Below are positions 38,594-46,943 of a stretch of 64,000 bases of DNA, one piece after another (within the stretch, counting starts at the first letter, position 1; each line of letters opens with the position of its first letter). The translations under genes and the position numbers were made by a program. The DNA comes from an uncultured Candidatus Saccharibacteria bacterium (GTDB lineage Bacteria > Patescibacteriota > Minisyncoccia > Phycocordibacterales > UBA12088). Under the pieces are notes generated by a model, which saw only the letters and a program-made list of their open reading frames with translations, did no database searches and had not been told where the DNA came from. The DNA lies in contig CAZMLK010000001.1 of NCBI GenBank assembly GCA_964567265.1, positions 331,723-395,722 on the forward strand, in the 5' to 3' direction.

Positions 38594-38959
38594 ATGGACG
38601 GAGCACTCGCTTCGGCCGATGCGAACGGGCGTGCTGGGGATATACCAGTACACGGACCACTGGCTGATACGCTGAGGCGGGAGCGTGTCAGACATGGAAC
38701 GCTCAAAAATATCCACCGTCTTGAAATGTACCTCGATCAACGGATCGGAGTACTTTTCCTCACAGCGGGAAATCTGACGGAAACCCAGCGCGAAGTGGTC
38801 CTTCGATATCGAGACCACTCCACCCTCGATCTCCTGTGCATTGCAATGCAAAGTACAGAATCAAGCCAAGTGTTCCTGGATTACAACGTGCTTGCCAGCA
38901 TCTATCTGGCTCCGTTCAATCCGCTCGATGCGCTCTGGGATGTGGCGGAAGAGAACTGA
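38594..38959 (+). CDS. hypothetical protein (121 aa)
   Basis: Strong AGAGGGAGAA ribosome-binding site 8 nt upstream of ATG; no family motif. Confidence 0.5.
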   Translation: MDGALASADANGRAGDIPVHGPLADTLRRERVRHGTLKNIHRLEMYLDQRIGVLFLTAGNLTETQREVVLRYRDHSTLDLLCIAMQSTESSQVFLDYNVLASIYLAPFNPLDALWDVAEEN

Positions 38960-39038
38960 CGCCGGTCGGATGCGGCGAGCCCCCAGGCTCGCCGCATTTC
39001 TTTTTCACAGCCTCGCCAAAAGTTTTGAAAACACTGCA

Positions 39039-39047
39039 TGCTATACT
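39039..39047 (+). promoter_or_regulatory. TGCTATACT extended -10, leaderless start at 39054
   Basis: -10 ends 6 nt before ATG 39054. Confidence 0.45.
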
Positions 39048-39053
39048 TTTTTC

Positions 39054-40256
39054 ATGATTTCTTCGTGGCTCTTTCCGAACAGCGCGCCGCGTGCAGTGGC
39101 AGTTTTTGATATTGGAAGCAGCAGCATCGGCACCGCGCTGGTGCTTGTCGGGAAAGGCTTGCCCGAAATTCTTTATGGCAACCGGACACCGATCCCGTTC
39201 CAGAAGGACCTTGAGATTGAGAAGTTCACCAAAGCGACGCTGACCGCCCTCATGGATGCTGCGCTCGATCTCCAGAGCGTCGGGCTCCTCCGTATGCAGG
39301 GTAGGGGAGTGAGGCACGTAAGCGATACCTGTGTCATTTTTGCATCACCCTGGTCGGAGTCCCGGAGTACCAATATTGAGCTCCAGAAGGACAAGGCATT
39401 TGCGATAACCCGGGAGCTCGTTGATGAGACCGTCCAAACAGAAGCAGACAAGCTGAACGATGCTGATACGGGCGATGCGGAGAAGCCAGTCTTGATTGAA
39501 AGGCATGCGGTCGGAATCACGCTGAATGGCTACCGTTTTGATAATCCCTATGGCAAGAAGACGAAGTCGGTATCTATCCGTTCCTTTTTCAGCTTCATTC
39601 CGAGTGATTTGGAGGCGAAGGCACGGGAAATCATCACGGGCGCGATCCCGGGAGCGCGTATCGTCGCGCATTCCTTCGGCATGGTGCTTTTCTCCGGAAC
39701 ACGAGATATCCACCAGGATATCGATGCCGCACTCCTCATCGATATACGCGGAGAAATGACGGACATCTCCCTCATGCGGAACGGTATCCTCGAGACGACC
39801 GTTTCCTTCCCGATTGGAGAACGGACACTCATGCGCATGCTTTTTGAACGCGGAAGCAATCGCCTTCCAGAAGAGGAACATTCGCGGCTCCGGATGTATC
39901 TCGAAGGACGGGCTGGTGAGGAACTGACCGGATCCTTGGCTGCCGAGCTTGCCGCAGCGAGCGGCGTCTTCGAGATGTCACTCAAGAAAACGCTTGAACC
40001 CCTCGTCGCATCCGGCATGCTCCCGAGCCAGGCTGTTATTGTGACGGAAGGAGATGTCGGTCCTTGGTTCCAAGAGCTCATCGGCAAACTCGACATGAGC
40101 GCCCTCATCCTTGGGGGAGGATCACTCCAAGTCTATCCGCTCACGAGCGACTCACTCAAGAACACGACGATAGCCGGCGGCAATGTCAAGCCGGATCCTT
40201 TCCTTATGCTCGATGCCATATTCGTGGACAAGATCCTGAAGATATCCACCGCATGA
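39054..40256 (+). CDS. actin-like ATPase (ASKHA fold), FtsA/PilM-like
   Basis: AVFDIGSSSIGTALV phosphate-1, ALLIDIRGEMTDISLMRNG phosphate-2, C-terminal ALILGGGSLQ adenosine motif; listed ORF from 38841 overlaps upstream gene. Confidence 0.75.
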   Translation: MISSWLFPNSAPRAVAVFDIGSSSIGTALVLVGKGLPEILYGNRTPIPFQKDLEIEKFTKATLTALMDAALDLQSVGLLRMQGRGVRHVSDTCVIFASPWSESRSTNIELQKDKAFAITRELVDETVQTEADKLNDADTGDAEKPVLIERHAVGITLNGYRFDNPYGKKTKSVSIRSFFSFIPSDLEAKAREIITGAIPGARIVAHSFGMVLFSGTRDIHQDIDAALLIDIRGEMTDISLMRNGILETTVSFPIGERTLMRMLFERGSNRLPEEEHSRLRMYLEGRAGEELTGSLAAELAAASGVFEMSLKKTLEPLVASGMLPSQAVIVTEGDVGPWFQELIGKLDMSALILGGGSLQVYPLTSDSLKNTTIAGGNVKPDPFLMLDAIFVDKILKISTA

Positions 40257-40312
40257 CAGCCGCCTTTGTGGTATAAATAAGGCATTAACGAAGCCCGCTA
40301 TCAGCGACAACT

Positions 40313-41623
40313 ATGAAAAAAATGCCTCTCCAAGATGTTGTTTCCCGGCCGCCTGTGCCGCCAAGGATGTCCCGCCAGACCGTACCAATGACTCCGCAGA
40401 ACCCGCCTGAAGATGAACCACCACGACGTATGAACCCCGAACCAATGCGAACACACGAAGGACGGAAACGAGGCCATGGGCTCCGCACCATCGGCATCAT
40501 CTTGGCGCTCATAATATTGGCAGTCGGCATCGGCTCGGTCTTCTTCTTCGCAGGAGCTGACGTCAATGTGACCCCCAAGCAGGCGACCACCCCGGTCGAT
40601 GCCACATTTACTGGCCACATCTCCGGTGGTCCAGCGGTAGCGGGCGTTCTTCCTTATGATATCCTCACGCTTGAGGAATCACGTTCAAAGACCCTTCCAT
40701 CAACTGGCTCTGAGCAGGTCTCGGAACCAGCATCCGGAACAATCGTCGTATACAACAACTATAGCGACAAGAGCCAAGAGCTCGTGAAGAACACGCGTTT
40801 CCAGACGCCGGAAGGGCAGATCTTCCGAATACGTAATTCAATCTCCGTTCCTGGCCAAAAGACTGACGGCGGCAAAAAGGTTCCGGGAAGCGTAGAGGTC
40901 ATGGTGTACGCGGAGGAAGCGGGTGATAAGTACAATATCGGACTCACCGACTTTACCATCCCTGGATTCAAGGGTGGGCCTCGTTTCGAGGCATTCTACG
41001 CACGCTCGAAGACCCCAATGACGGGCGGATTTGTAGGAGTACGGAAGGTTGTCTCGAAGGCGGATGAGGAAAAGGCACGCCAGGAACTCCAGACGGAGCT
41101 CCGAAGCGTCCTTGCCGAATCTGCGGTGACGAAGACCCCCGAGGGCTTCCTCTTGCCACTGAAGGGCGTATTCCTTTCATTCGAATCACCTGCAAGCGCT
41201 CCAGACGGAGACCAGGTAACCATCACCGAAAAGGGTATTCTCCATGGAATCATCTTGAATCAAGGTGACGTAGCGAAGGCCATCGCGGAAAAGAATATCC
41301 CTAGTTACGATGAATCGCCGGTCATGCTGAAGGACCCTAAGGCCGTGACCATCGAACCCCTCATCACAGCAACCTCAAGCTCGCCTTGGATCGAAGAAAC
41401 TCTCGAGTTCTCAATAAAGGGCAGTGCAACCATTAATTGGGTCGTTGATACAGGCAAATTGGCCGCAGACCTCGCTGGAAAGCCCGAGGAGGCGCTGAAT
41501 ACGGTGCTTGGCGGGTATCCCGGCGTAGAGCGTGCAAAAGCCGTCCTCCGGCCGATCTGGAGGAAAACCTTCCCCTCAAAAGCGGAGGATATCAAGGTTA
41601 TCCTAGAGGAACCGGCCAGCTAG
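40313..41623 (+). CDS. bitopic membrane protein with Pro-rich cytoplasmic N-terminus and large external domain
   Basis: ~65-aa Pro-rich N-terminus, single TM (IGIILALIILAVGIGSVFFFAG), ~350-aa C-terminal domain; directly downstream of actin-like ATPase. Confidence 0.65.
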   Translation: MKKMPLQDVVSRPPVPPRMSRQTVPMTPQNPPEDEPPRRMNPEPMRTHEGRKRGHGLRTIGIILALIILAVGIGSVFFFAGADVNVTPKQATTPVDATFTGHISGGPAVAGVLPYDILTLEESRSKTLPSTGSEQVSEPASGTIVVYNNYSDKSQELVKNTRFQTPEGQIFRIRNSISVPGQKTDGGKKVPGSVEVMVYAEEAGDKYNIGLTDFTIPGFKGGPRFEAFYARSKTPMTGGFVGVRKVVSKADEEKARQELQTELRSVLAESAVTKTPEGFLLPLKGVFLSFESPASAPDGDQVTITEKGILHGIILNQGDVAKAIAEKNIPSYDESPVMLKDPKAVTIEPLITATSSSPWIEETLEFSIKGSATINWVVDTGKLAADLAGKPEEALNTVLGGYPGVERAKAVLRPIWRKTFPSKAEDIKVILEEPAS

Positions 41624-41705
41624 TCGGTGACTCTATGAAGGCTGTCTGAAGCTATTATTTGACGGAAAAGCAAAGCTTTGGTAGTGTATTCGAGCATCTT
41701 CAGGA

Positions 41706-41918
41706 ATGGGTAAGGTAGAACAAGCAACAGTCGGTGGTGTGGTCGAAGAGGCCCTGCCGAACACTCTTTTTCGAGTGACCCTCGAAGACGGGTCGACCGT
41801 GTTGTCATACCTTTCCGGAAAGATGCGCATGCACCGCATCAAGGTTCTTGTAGGCGATTCGGTACGGCTCGAAATCGAACCGTATGGCGGAAAAGCGCGA
41901 ATCGTGAAGAGGCTTTAG
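41706..41918 (+). CDS. infA: translation initiation factor IF-1
   Basis: 70 aa S1-like; [24 protein letters not shown]. Confidence 0.95.
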   Translation: MGKVEQATVGGVVEEALPNTLFRVTLEDGSTVLSYLSGKMRMHRIKVLVGDSVRLEIEPYGGKARIVKRL

Positions 41919-42001
41919 CGGGGAGATTCGCCATATCGGCGTTTTGTATTTTCAGAATCAAAGACGACGTTCGCAGAGAGGAAACCGCACGACCACCAGG
42001 T

Positions 42002-42115
42002 ATGAAAGTTCGATCAGCAATTGCGCCACGATGCGCGAAATGTACTACCGTACGCCGGAGGGGTGTTGTCTATGTCCTCTGCGAGAATCCGCGTCATAAG
42101 CAGCGCCAGGGCTAA
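42002..42115 (+). CDS. rpmJ: 50S ribosomal protein L36
   Basis: [37 protein letters not shown] (37 aa, zinc-ribbon Cys pattern); not in ORF track. Confidence 0.9.
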   Translation: MKVRSAIAPRCAKCTTVRRRGVVYVLCENPRHKQRQG

Positions 42116-42123
42116 ATATACAT

Positions 42124-42504
42124 ATGCGTATCGCAGGTATCACAATTCCAGACGGAAAGCGGCTTGAAATCGGCCTCACGGCCATTTATGGCATCGGACG
42201 ACCGCGTGCGCAGAAGATTCTTGCACTCGCAAAGATCGATGGCAGCAAGAAGCCGACCGAGCTCTCGGGAGATGAGGAAAACATCATCCGAAAGGCGATC
42301 GAGGAAACCGGCATCATCGAAGGCGAGCTCCGCCGCGATGTCGGTACCAACATCAAGCGCCTCAAGGACATCAACGCGTACCGCGGATCGCGCCACGCGA
42401 AGAAGCTCCCGGCCCGCGGCCAGCGCACCAAGACCAACGCGCGTACCCTCAAAGGCGCGAAGAAGACCATGGGTTCTGGTCGCCGCAAGCTCGAGAAGAC
42501 CTAG
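42124..42504 (+). CDS. rpsM: 30S ribosomal protein S13
   Basis: MRIAGITIP..GIGRPRAQKIL..RGSRHAKKLPARGQRTKTNARTLKG. Confidence 0.97.
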   Translation: MRIAGITIPDGKRLEIGLTAIYGIGRPRAQKILALAKIDGSKKPTELSGDEENIIRKAIEETGIIEGELRRDVGTNIKRLKDINAYRGSRHAKKLPARGQRTKTNARTLKGAKKTMGSGRRKLEKT

Positions 42505-42542
42505 CAGCCAGATGATGACGCTATCGGAAGTCTGATAAATAC

Positions 42543-42977
42543 ATGGGAAAGAAAAGAATCGTAAAAAAACAGGGTGGCAGCGTAGATAACGGACTCAAGT
42601 CACGTTCTCTTTCGAAGGCTGTGAAGCGCAAGGTGGAGCTCGGCACCCTTTTCGTGCAGTCTACCTACAACAACACCCTTATCTCGCTCGGCGACCGGAA
42701 CGGGAACATCATCTGCGCATCGTCTTCAGGCGCGCTCGGTTTCAGCGGCGCAAAGAAGTCTACGCCGTTTGCTGCGGCGAAGGTTGCAGAACTCATCGCT
42801 GAAAAGGCGATGCAGGTCGGCATGAAGGAAGTGGATGTCGTCGTTACCGGCGTTGGTGCCGGCCGCGAGTCCTCGATCCGCGCATTCGCTGGAAAGGGAA
42901 TCGGCGTCAATTCGATTGTCGACAAGACCCCGGTCCCGCATAACGGTCCGCGTCCGAAGAAGGCGCGCCGCGTATAA
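42543..42977 (+). CDS. rpsK: 30S ribosomal protein S11
   Basis: ..GTLFVQSTYNNTLISLGDRNGN..TGVGAGRESSIRA.. Confidence 0.97.
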   Translation: MGKKRIVKKQGGSVDNGLKSRSLSKAVKRKVELGTLFVQSTYNNTLISLGDRNGNIICASSSGALGFSGAKKSTPFAAAKVAELIAEKAMQVGMKEVDVVVTGVGAGRESSIRAFAGKGIGVNSIVDKTPVPHNGPRPKKARRV

Positions 42978-42987
42978 AATTTGATAT

Positions 42988-43590
42988 ATGAAAATTGGCC
43001 CTAAATACAAGATTTGCAAGAGACTCGGAAGCGGGGTCTTTGAGAAGTGCCAGACTGCGCGCTACACCATTTCGGAAGCCCGCAAGAAGATGACCAGCCG
43101 CCGCCCGAAGCCGCTCTCAGATTACGGAAAACAGCTTCTCGAGAAGCAGAAGCTTCGCTATACCTATGGCCTTTCGGAGCGCCAGTTCCGCGGATACGTC
43201 GATAAGGCGATGGAAGCTGCAAAGCCTTCTGACGCCCTCTACATCTCACTCGAAAGTCGTCTCGACAACGTCGTCTACCGCGTCGGGCTCGCGAATACCC
43301 GCCGTCTCGCACGCCAGCTTGTTTCTCATGGACACATCACCGTTGATGGCCAGAAAGTGACCATTCCTTCATTCCGCGTCCAGAAAGGCGAGAAAATTTC
43401 AGTACGAGAGGGGAGCCGCACGAAGGGCCCCTTCACAGCCGCTGTTGAAAAAGAACTTCCAACCGCTCCCGCATGGATCACGTTCGACGGAAAGACCCTG
43501 AACGGGGAAGTGACTGCGAACCCAGACCGCGCCCTTGCCACCGACATGTCGGCAGACATCCGCGCAGTGCTTGAGTTCTACAGCCGTTAA
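42988..43590 (+). CDS. rpsD: 30S ribosomal protein S4
   Basis: MKIGPKYKICKRLG.. S4 N-terminus and S4 RNA-binding domain (VSHGHITVDGQKV). Confidence 0.97.
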   Translation: MKIGPKYKICKRLGSGVFEKCQTARYTISEARKKMTSRRPKPLSDYGKQLLEKQKLRYTYGLSERQFRGYVDKAMEAAKPSDALYISLESRLDNVVYRVGLANTRRLARQLVSHGHITVDGQKVTIPSFRVQKGEKISVREGSRTKGPFTAAVEKELPTAPAWITFDGKTLNGEVTANPDRALATDMSADIRAVLEFYSR

Positions 43591-43626
43591 CAGAGCCTTA
43601 CCAGTATTATTCACTCACTATTCCAT

Positions 43627-44601
43627 ATGGAGCATAACGTTGCACTGCCGTCCAAGCCGCGCATCGTCTCCGAGAAGGATTTCTCGGGCACGTATGAGAT
43701 CGATGGGCTCTACCCGGGCTACGGCCACACACTGGGTAACAGCCTTCGCCGCATCATCCTTTCCTCCCTCCCGGGTGCGGCTATTACGTCTGTAAAGATC
43801 GACGGCGTTTCGCATGAATTTTCAACGATGGAAGGCGTGAAGGAAGATGTCATCACCATCCTCCTCAACCTGAAGCGCATCCGCCTCTCGATGGCGACCG
43901 ACGAGCCGCAGACGCTTACACTTGAATTCAAGGGCCCAGGCATCGCGACCGCGGGCGATATCAAGGTTCCTGGCCAGGTCACTATCCTCAATCCAGAGCA
44001 GCCGATCGCAGAACTTACCAAGAAAGTAGACCTCACGATCGAAGTACAGGCAGAGATGGGTCTCGGCTACGTGCCACGGGAAGTACTCCAGGAAGAGAAG
44101 GTGGATATCGGCACCATCGCCGTCGATGCAACCTTCACTCCGATCCGTCGCGTAAACTACGAAGTAGAGAACATGCGTATTGGCAACCGCACTGACTTCA
44201 ACCGCCTTCGCGTATTCATCGAGACCGACGGCACCCTCACCCCTCGCGAAGCGCTCGAGAAGTCAATCGAGATCATGATCCACCAGCTCAAGGCCGTCAT
44301 CGGCTTCAAGGAGGAGGAGGCGCCAGCTGCACCGGTGCTTGCAATGCCATCAGCACGCGACGAGGCAGAGCGCGGTGAGAAGCCCATGGATCAGGGTGAT
44401 GCAGAGGCCATGAAGACCCGCATCGACTCGCTCAACCTTTCCGCTCGCACCGTGAACGCCCTTTCGACCGCCGGCATCCGGACGATCGGAGGACTTGCGC
44501 GAAAGAAAGAAGAGGATATATTGTCCATTGAAGGACTTGGCGTCAAAGGGCTCCAGGAAATTCGCCGTGCACTCAGTAACTTCGGCATCACCCTCAAATA
44601 A
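43627..44601 (+). CDS. rpoA: DNA-directed RNA polymerase subunit alpha
   Basis: GYGHTLGNSLRRIILSSLPGAAITSVKIDGV.. N-terminal domain and C-terminal domain HhH. Confidence 0.97.
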   Translation: MEHNVALPSKPRIVSEKDFSGTYEIDGLYPGYGHTLGNSLRRIILSSLPGAAITSVKIDGVSHEFSTMEGVKEDVITILLNLKRIRLSMATDEPQTLTLEFKGPGIATAGDIKVPGQVTILNPEQPIAELTKKVDLTIEVQAEMGLGYVPREVLQEEKVDIGTIAVDATFTPIRRVNYEVENMRIGNRTDFNRLRVFIETDGTLTPREALEKSIEIMIHQLKAVIGFKEEEAPAAPVLAMPSARDEAERGEKPMDQGDAEAMKTRIDSLNLSARTVNALSTAGIRTIGGLARKKEEDILSIEGLGVKGLQEIRRALSNFGITLK

Positions 44602-44607
44602 ACCTTT

Positions 44608-44961
44608 ATGAAGCACCACGACAGCGTACGAAAATTCGGCAGAGAGAAAAACGCCCGTCAGGCGCTTATTAAGTCGTTGCTCCGCTCCGTGATCCTTCAC
44701 GAGCAGATCGAGACGACCGAGGCGAAGGCCAAGGAAATCCGTCCGATACTCGAGAAGCTCGTTACCCGCGGCCGCACCGACACGGTAGCAAACCGCCGCA
44801 TCGTAGCAGCCCGCGTCTCATCTGAGGACAAGGTTGTAAAGAAGCTCTTCGAGGAGATTGCTCCTCGCTACAAGGATCGCATGGGTGGATACACTCGCGT
44901 CGTCCGCAGTGGCCGCAAGGGAAGCGATGCCCGCTCGATGGCCGTCATTTCCTTCGTATAG
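44608..44961 (+). CDS. rplQ: 50S ribosomal protein L17
   Basis: ..LLRSVILHEQIETTEAKAKEIRP..GGYTRVVRSGRKGSDA.. Confidence 0.95.
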   Translation: MKHHDSVRKFGREKNARQALIKSLLRSVILHEQIETTEAKAKEIRPILEKLVTRGRTDTVANRRIVAARVSSEDKVVKKLFEEIAPRYKDRMGGYTRVVRSGRKGSDARSMAVISFV

Positions 44962-44965
44962 GCAT

Positions 44966-45337
44966 ATGAAAAAAGAAATTACAGAAAAGACGAAGGTCTA
45001 CAAGATCGATGCGACAGGAAAGTCGATGGGCCGCATTGCGTCCGAAGCGGCTAATTACCTTTCTGGCAAGAATCTCGTCACCTACGCGCGCAACATCTAC
45101 CCAGACGTGTCGGTCACGATCTCGCACGCTTCGAAGATCACGCTCCGCGACACGAAGCGTCAGCAGAAGCAGTACGAGAAGTACTCCGGATACCCGGGAG
45201 GACTCACCTTCGACAACCTTGATCGCATCATCGCGCGCAAGGGTCACAAGGAAGCGATCCGCCTCGCGGTCTACGGCATGCTCCCGTCGAACCGCCTCCG
45301 TGCACGCATGATGAAGAATATCGAAATCACCGACTAA
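44966..45337 (+). CDS. rplM: 50S ribosomal protein L13
   Basis: MKKEITEKTKVYKIDATGKSMGRIASEAANYLSGK..; listed ORF start 44858 lies inside rplQ. Confidence 0.93.
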   Translation: MKKEITEKTKVYKIDATGKSMGRIASEAANYLSGKNLVTYARNIYPDVSVTISHASKITLRDTKRQQKQYEKYSGYPGGLTFDNLDRIIARKGHKEAIRLAVYGMLPSNRLRARMMKNIEITD

Positions 45338-45342
45338 CCTGT

Positions 45343-45747
45343 ATGACAAAGACAGACAGCAAATATTTTGAAGCAGTCGGACGCCGCAAGACGGCCATCG
45401 CACGTGTGCGTCTCTTCGAGACGACCAAGCCGCACCATGTCTGCAACGACAAGCCGCTTGATGTCTATTTCGCAACCAAGGACCTCCAGGGTCTCGCGCT
45501 CGAGTCGCTCACGAAGGCTGGACTCCAGGACAAGTTTTCAATCTCAGCCAAGCTGAATGGCGGTGGTACGTCGTCCCAGGCAGAGTCAGTCCGTCTCGGC
45601 GTCGCGCGTGCACTCCTCAAGTACGATCTCACCCTCCGCGGAGACTTGAAGAAGGCCGGCTACCTCAAGCGCGATCCGCGCGCAGTGGAACGCAAGCACT
45701 TCGGTCTCAAGAAGGCCCGCCGCGCTCCGCAGTGGAGCAAGCGATAG
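45343..45747 (+). CDS. rpsI: 30S ribosomal protein S9
   Basis: ..AVGRRKTAIARVRL..LNGGGTSSQAESVRLGVARAL..RKHFGLKKARRAPQWSKR. Confidence 0.95.
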   Translation: MTKTDSKYFEAVGRRKTAIARVRLFETTKPHHVCNDKPLDVYFATKDLQGLALESLTKAGLQDKFSISAKLNGGGTSSQAESVRLGVARALLKYDLTLRGDLKKAGYLKRDPRAVERKHFGLKKARRAPQWSKR

Positions 45748-45755
45748 TCGCCTTG

Positions 45756-45788
45756 CAAGTCCGCATCTCTGCGGACTTGTTGCTTTAT
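45756..45788 (+). terminator. rho-independent terminator
   Basis: CAAGTCCGC-ATCTCT-GCGGACTTG then TTGCTTTATG. Confidence 0.7.
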
Positions 45789-45841
45789 GTCCCTCTACTG
45801 CTAGTATGCATCGTAGTCATTTTTGAAAGGAAAGTAGGACA

Positions 45842-46222
45842 ATGCCGAGACACCAGGTGTCTCCCCGAGACAAACTCCGCAACCGCATGCTGCGTCTTAT
45901 CAAACAAGACCCAGAACTTGCTGCGGAAGTACTCCTCCAACACCCTTTCTGGCCACCTTCTCTAAAGGGTGCCGATGCGGACCAGGTTCGTTACAGTGAC
46001 GATCAACGATTGGGCATCATTCAGGTCATGTTCTCTCACGACAGCGATGCTTGGATTCACATACTATCCATTCCAGATCCAGATGAGATGTCAGTCACCC
46101 ATCGATTTCGTACATATTTCGGTGGAGGTGAGAGCCCGTGCACCTGGCAAGCGTTACTCATTCTCGCCCTCGCAATGCGACTGGACAACATGCATCGTCC
46201 CCAGAATAGGGGTCCTGCATGA
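45842..46222 (+). CDS. hypothetical protein (126 aa) with palindrome at its 5' end
   Basis: TGCTAGTAT -10-like and AAAGGAAAGTAGGACA ribosome-binding site upstream; GAGACACC-A-GGTGTCTC inverted repeat at codons 3-8; no family motif. Confidence 0.5.
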   Translation: MPRHQVSPRDKLRNRMLRLIKQDPELAAEVLLQHPFWPPSLKGADADQVRYSDDQRLGIIQVMFSHDSDAWIHILSIPDPDEMSVTHRFRTYFGGGESPCTWQALLILALAMRLDNMHRPQNRGPA

Positions 46223-46226
46223 TTTA

Positions 46227-46258
46227 AGACCGCGGCTCACACCGCGGTCTCTCTATTT
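46227..46258 (+). terminator. rho-independent terminator
   Basis: AGACCGCGG-CTCACA-CCGCGGTCT then CTCTATTTTAAAA. Confidence 0.75.
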
Positions 46259-46311
46259 TAAAACCTCCTTTTGACAGCAGCGAAAAATTACGCGATAATA
46301 CGCACCTAAGT

Positions 46312-46914
46312 TTGAAATACATGCACGATGATATGAACACTGACGATACAGAAATCCGGAATGACTCGGATGCACCCGAGAACTTAGACGCTGTTGTCAT
46401 GGAAGATGATTCGATGGCGCCTGCGGAAAAACTGAAAGAACTTCGCGAAAAGCTAAAAGCGGTCCAAAAGGAAAAAGACGACAACCTGGCCGGCTGGCAG
46501 CGCGCGAAAGCGGATCTCGTCAACTTCAAGCGCGACATGGGAACACGGAGCGCCGAAGAGGCGAAGTACGCAGCGAAGCAAGTACTTCTCGACCTGCTTC
46601 CGGTTCTCGATAGCTTCGATATGGCGATTGCATCGCCTTCGTGGCAAGAAATCGACGCCACGTGGCGGAAGGGAATGGAAGGCGTGTATCAGCAGGCACT
46701 GAGCGCTGCGAAAGGTCACGGTCTTGAGCAGTATGCCCCGAAAGCAGGAGACGCCTTCGATCTCAGCACGCAGGAGCCTGTAGGGACTGAAGCAGCGCCG
46801 ACTGAAACAGATGACCATACGGTGGCGAAAGTTCTCCAGAAGGGATACGCGCTCCATGGAACCAACATACGCCCGGCAAAAGTTATCATTTATGTCGCGG
46901 AAGAATCAAAATAA
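46312..46914 (+). CDS. grpE: nucleotide exchange factor GrpE
   Basis: ..AGWQRAKADLVNFKRDMGTRSAEEAKYAAKQVLLDLLPVLDSFDMA.. GrpE family. Confidence 0.9.
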   Translation: MKYMHDDMNTDDTEIRNDSDAPENLDAVVMEDDSMAPAEKLKELREKLKAVQKEKDDNLAGWQRAKADLVNFKRDMGTRSAEEAKYAAKQVLLDLLPVLDSFDMAIASPSWQEIDATWRKGMEGVYQQALSAAKGHGLEQYAPKAGDAFDLSTQEPVGTEAAPTETDDHTVAKVLQKGYALHGTNIRPAKVIIYVAEESK

Positions 46915-46943
46915 CTAGTCTTTAAAATTTAACTAAAAAACGT

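Noticed and set aside
38841-39053. Upstream extension of the actin-like ATPase ORF
   Set aside because: It overlaps the 38594-38959 gene and contains the TGCTATACT -10. The hydrophilic basic sequence has no homology signal.
46222-46312. CIRCE/HrcA operator upstream of grpE-dnaK
   Set aside because: No TTAGCACTC-N9-GAGTGCTAA inverted repeat is present. Only a sigma70-like TTGACA..TAATAC promoter is.
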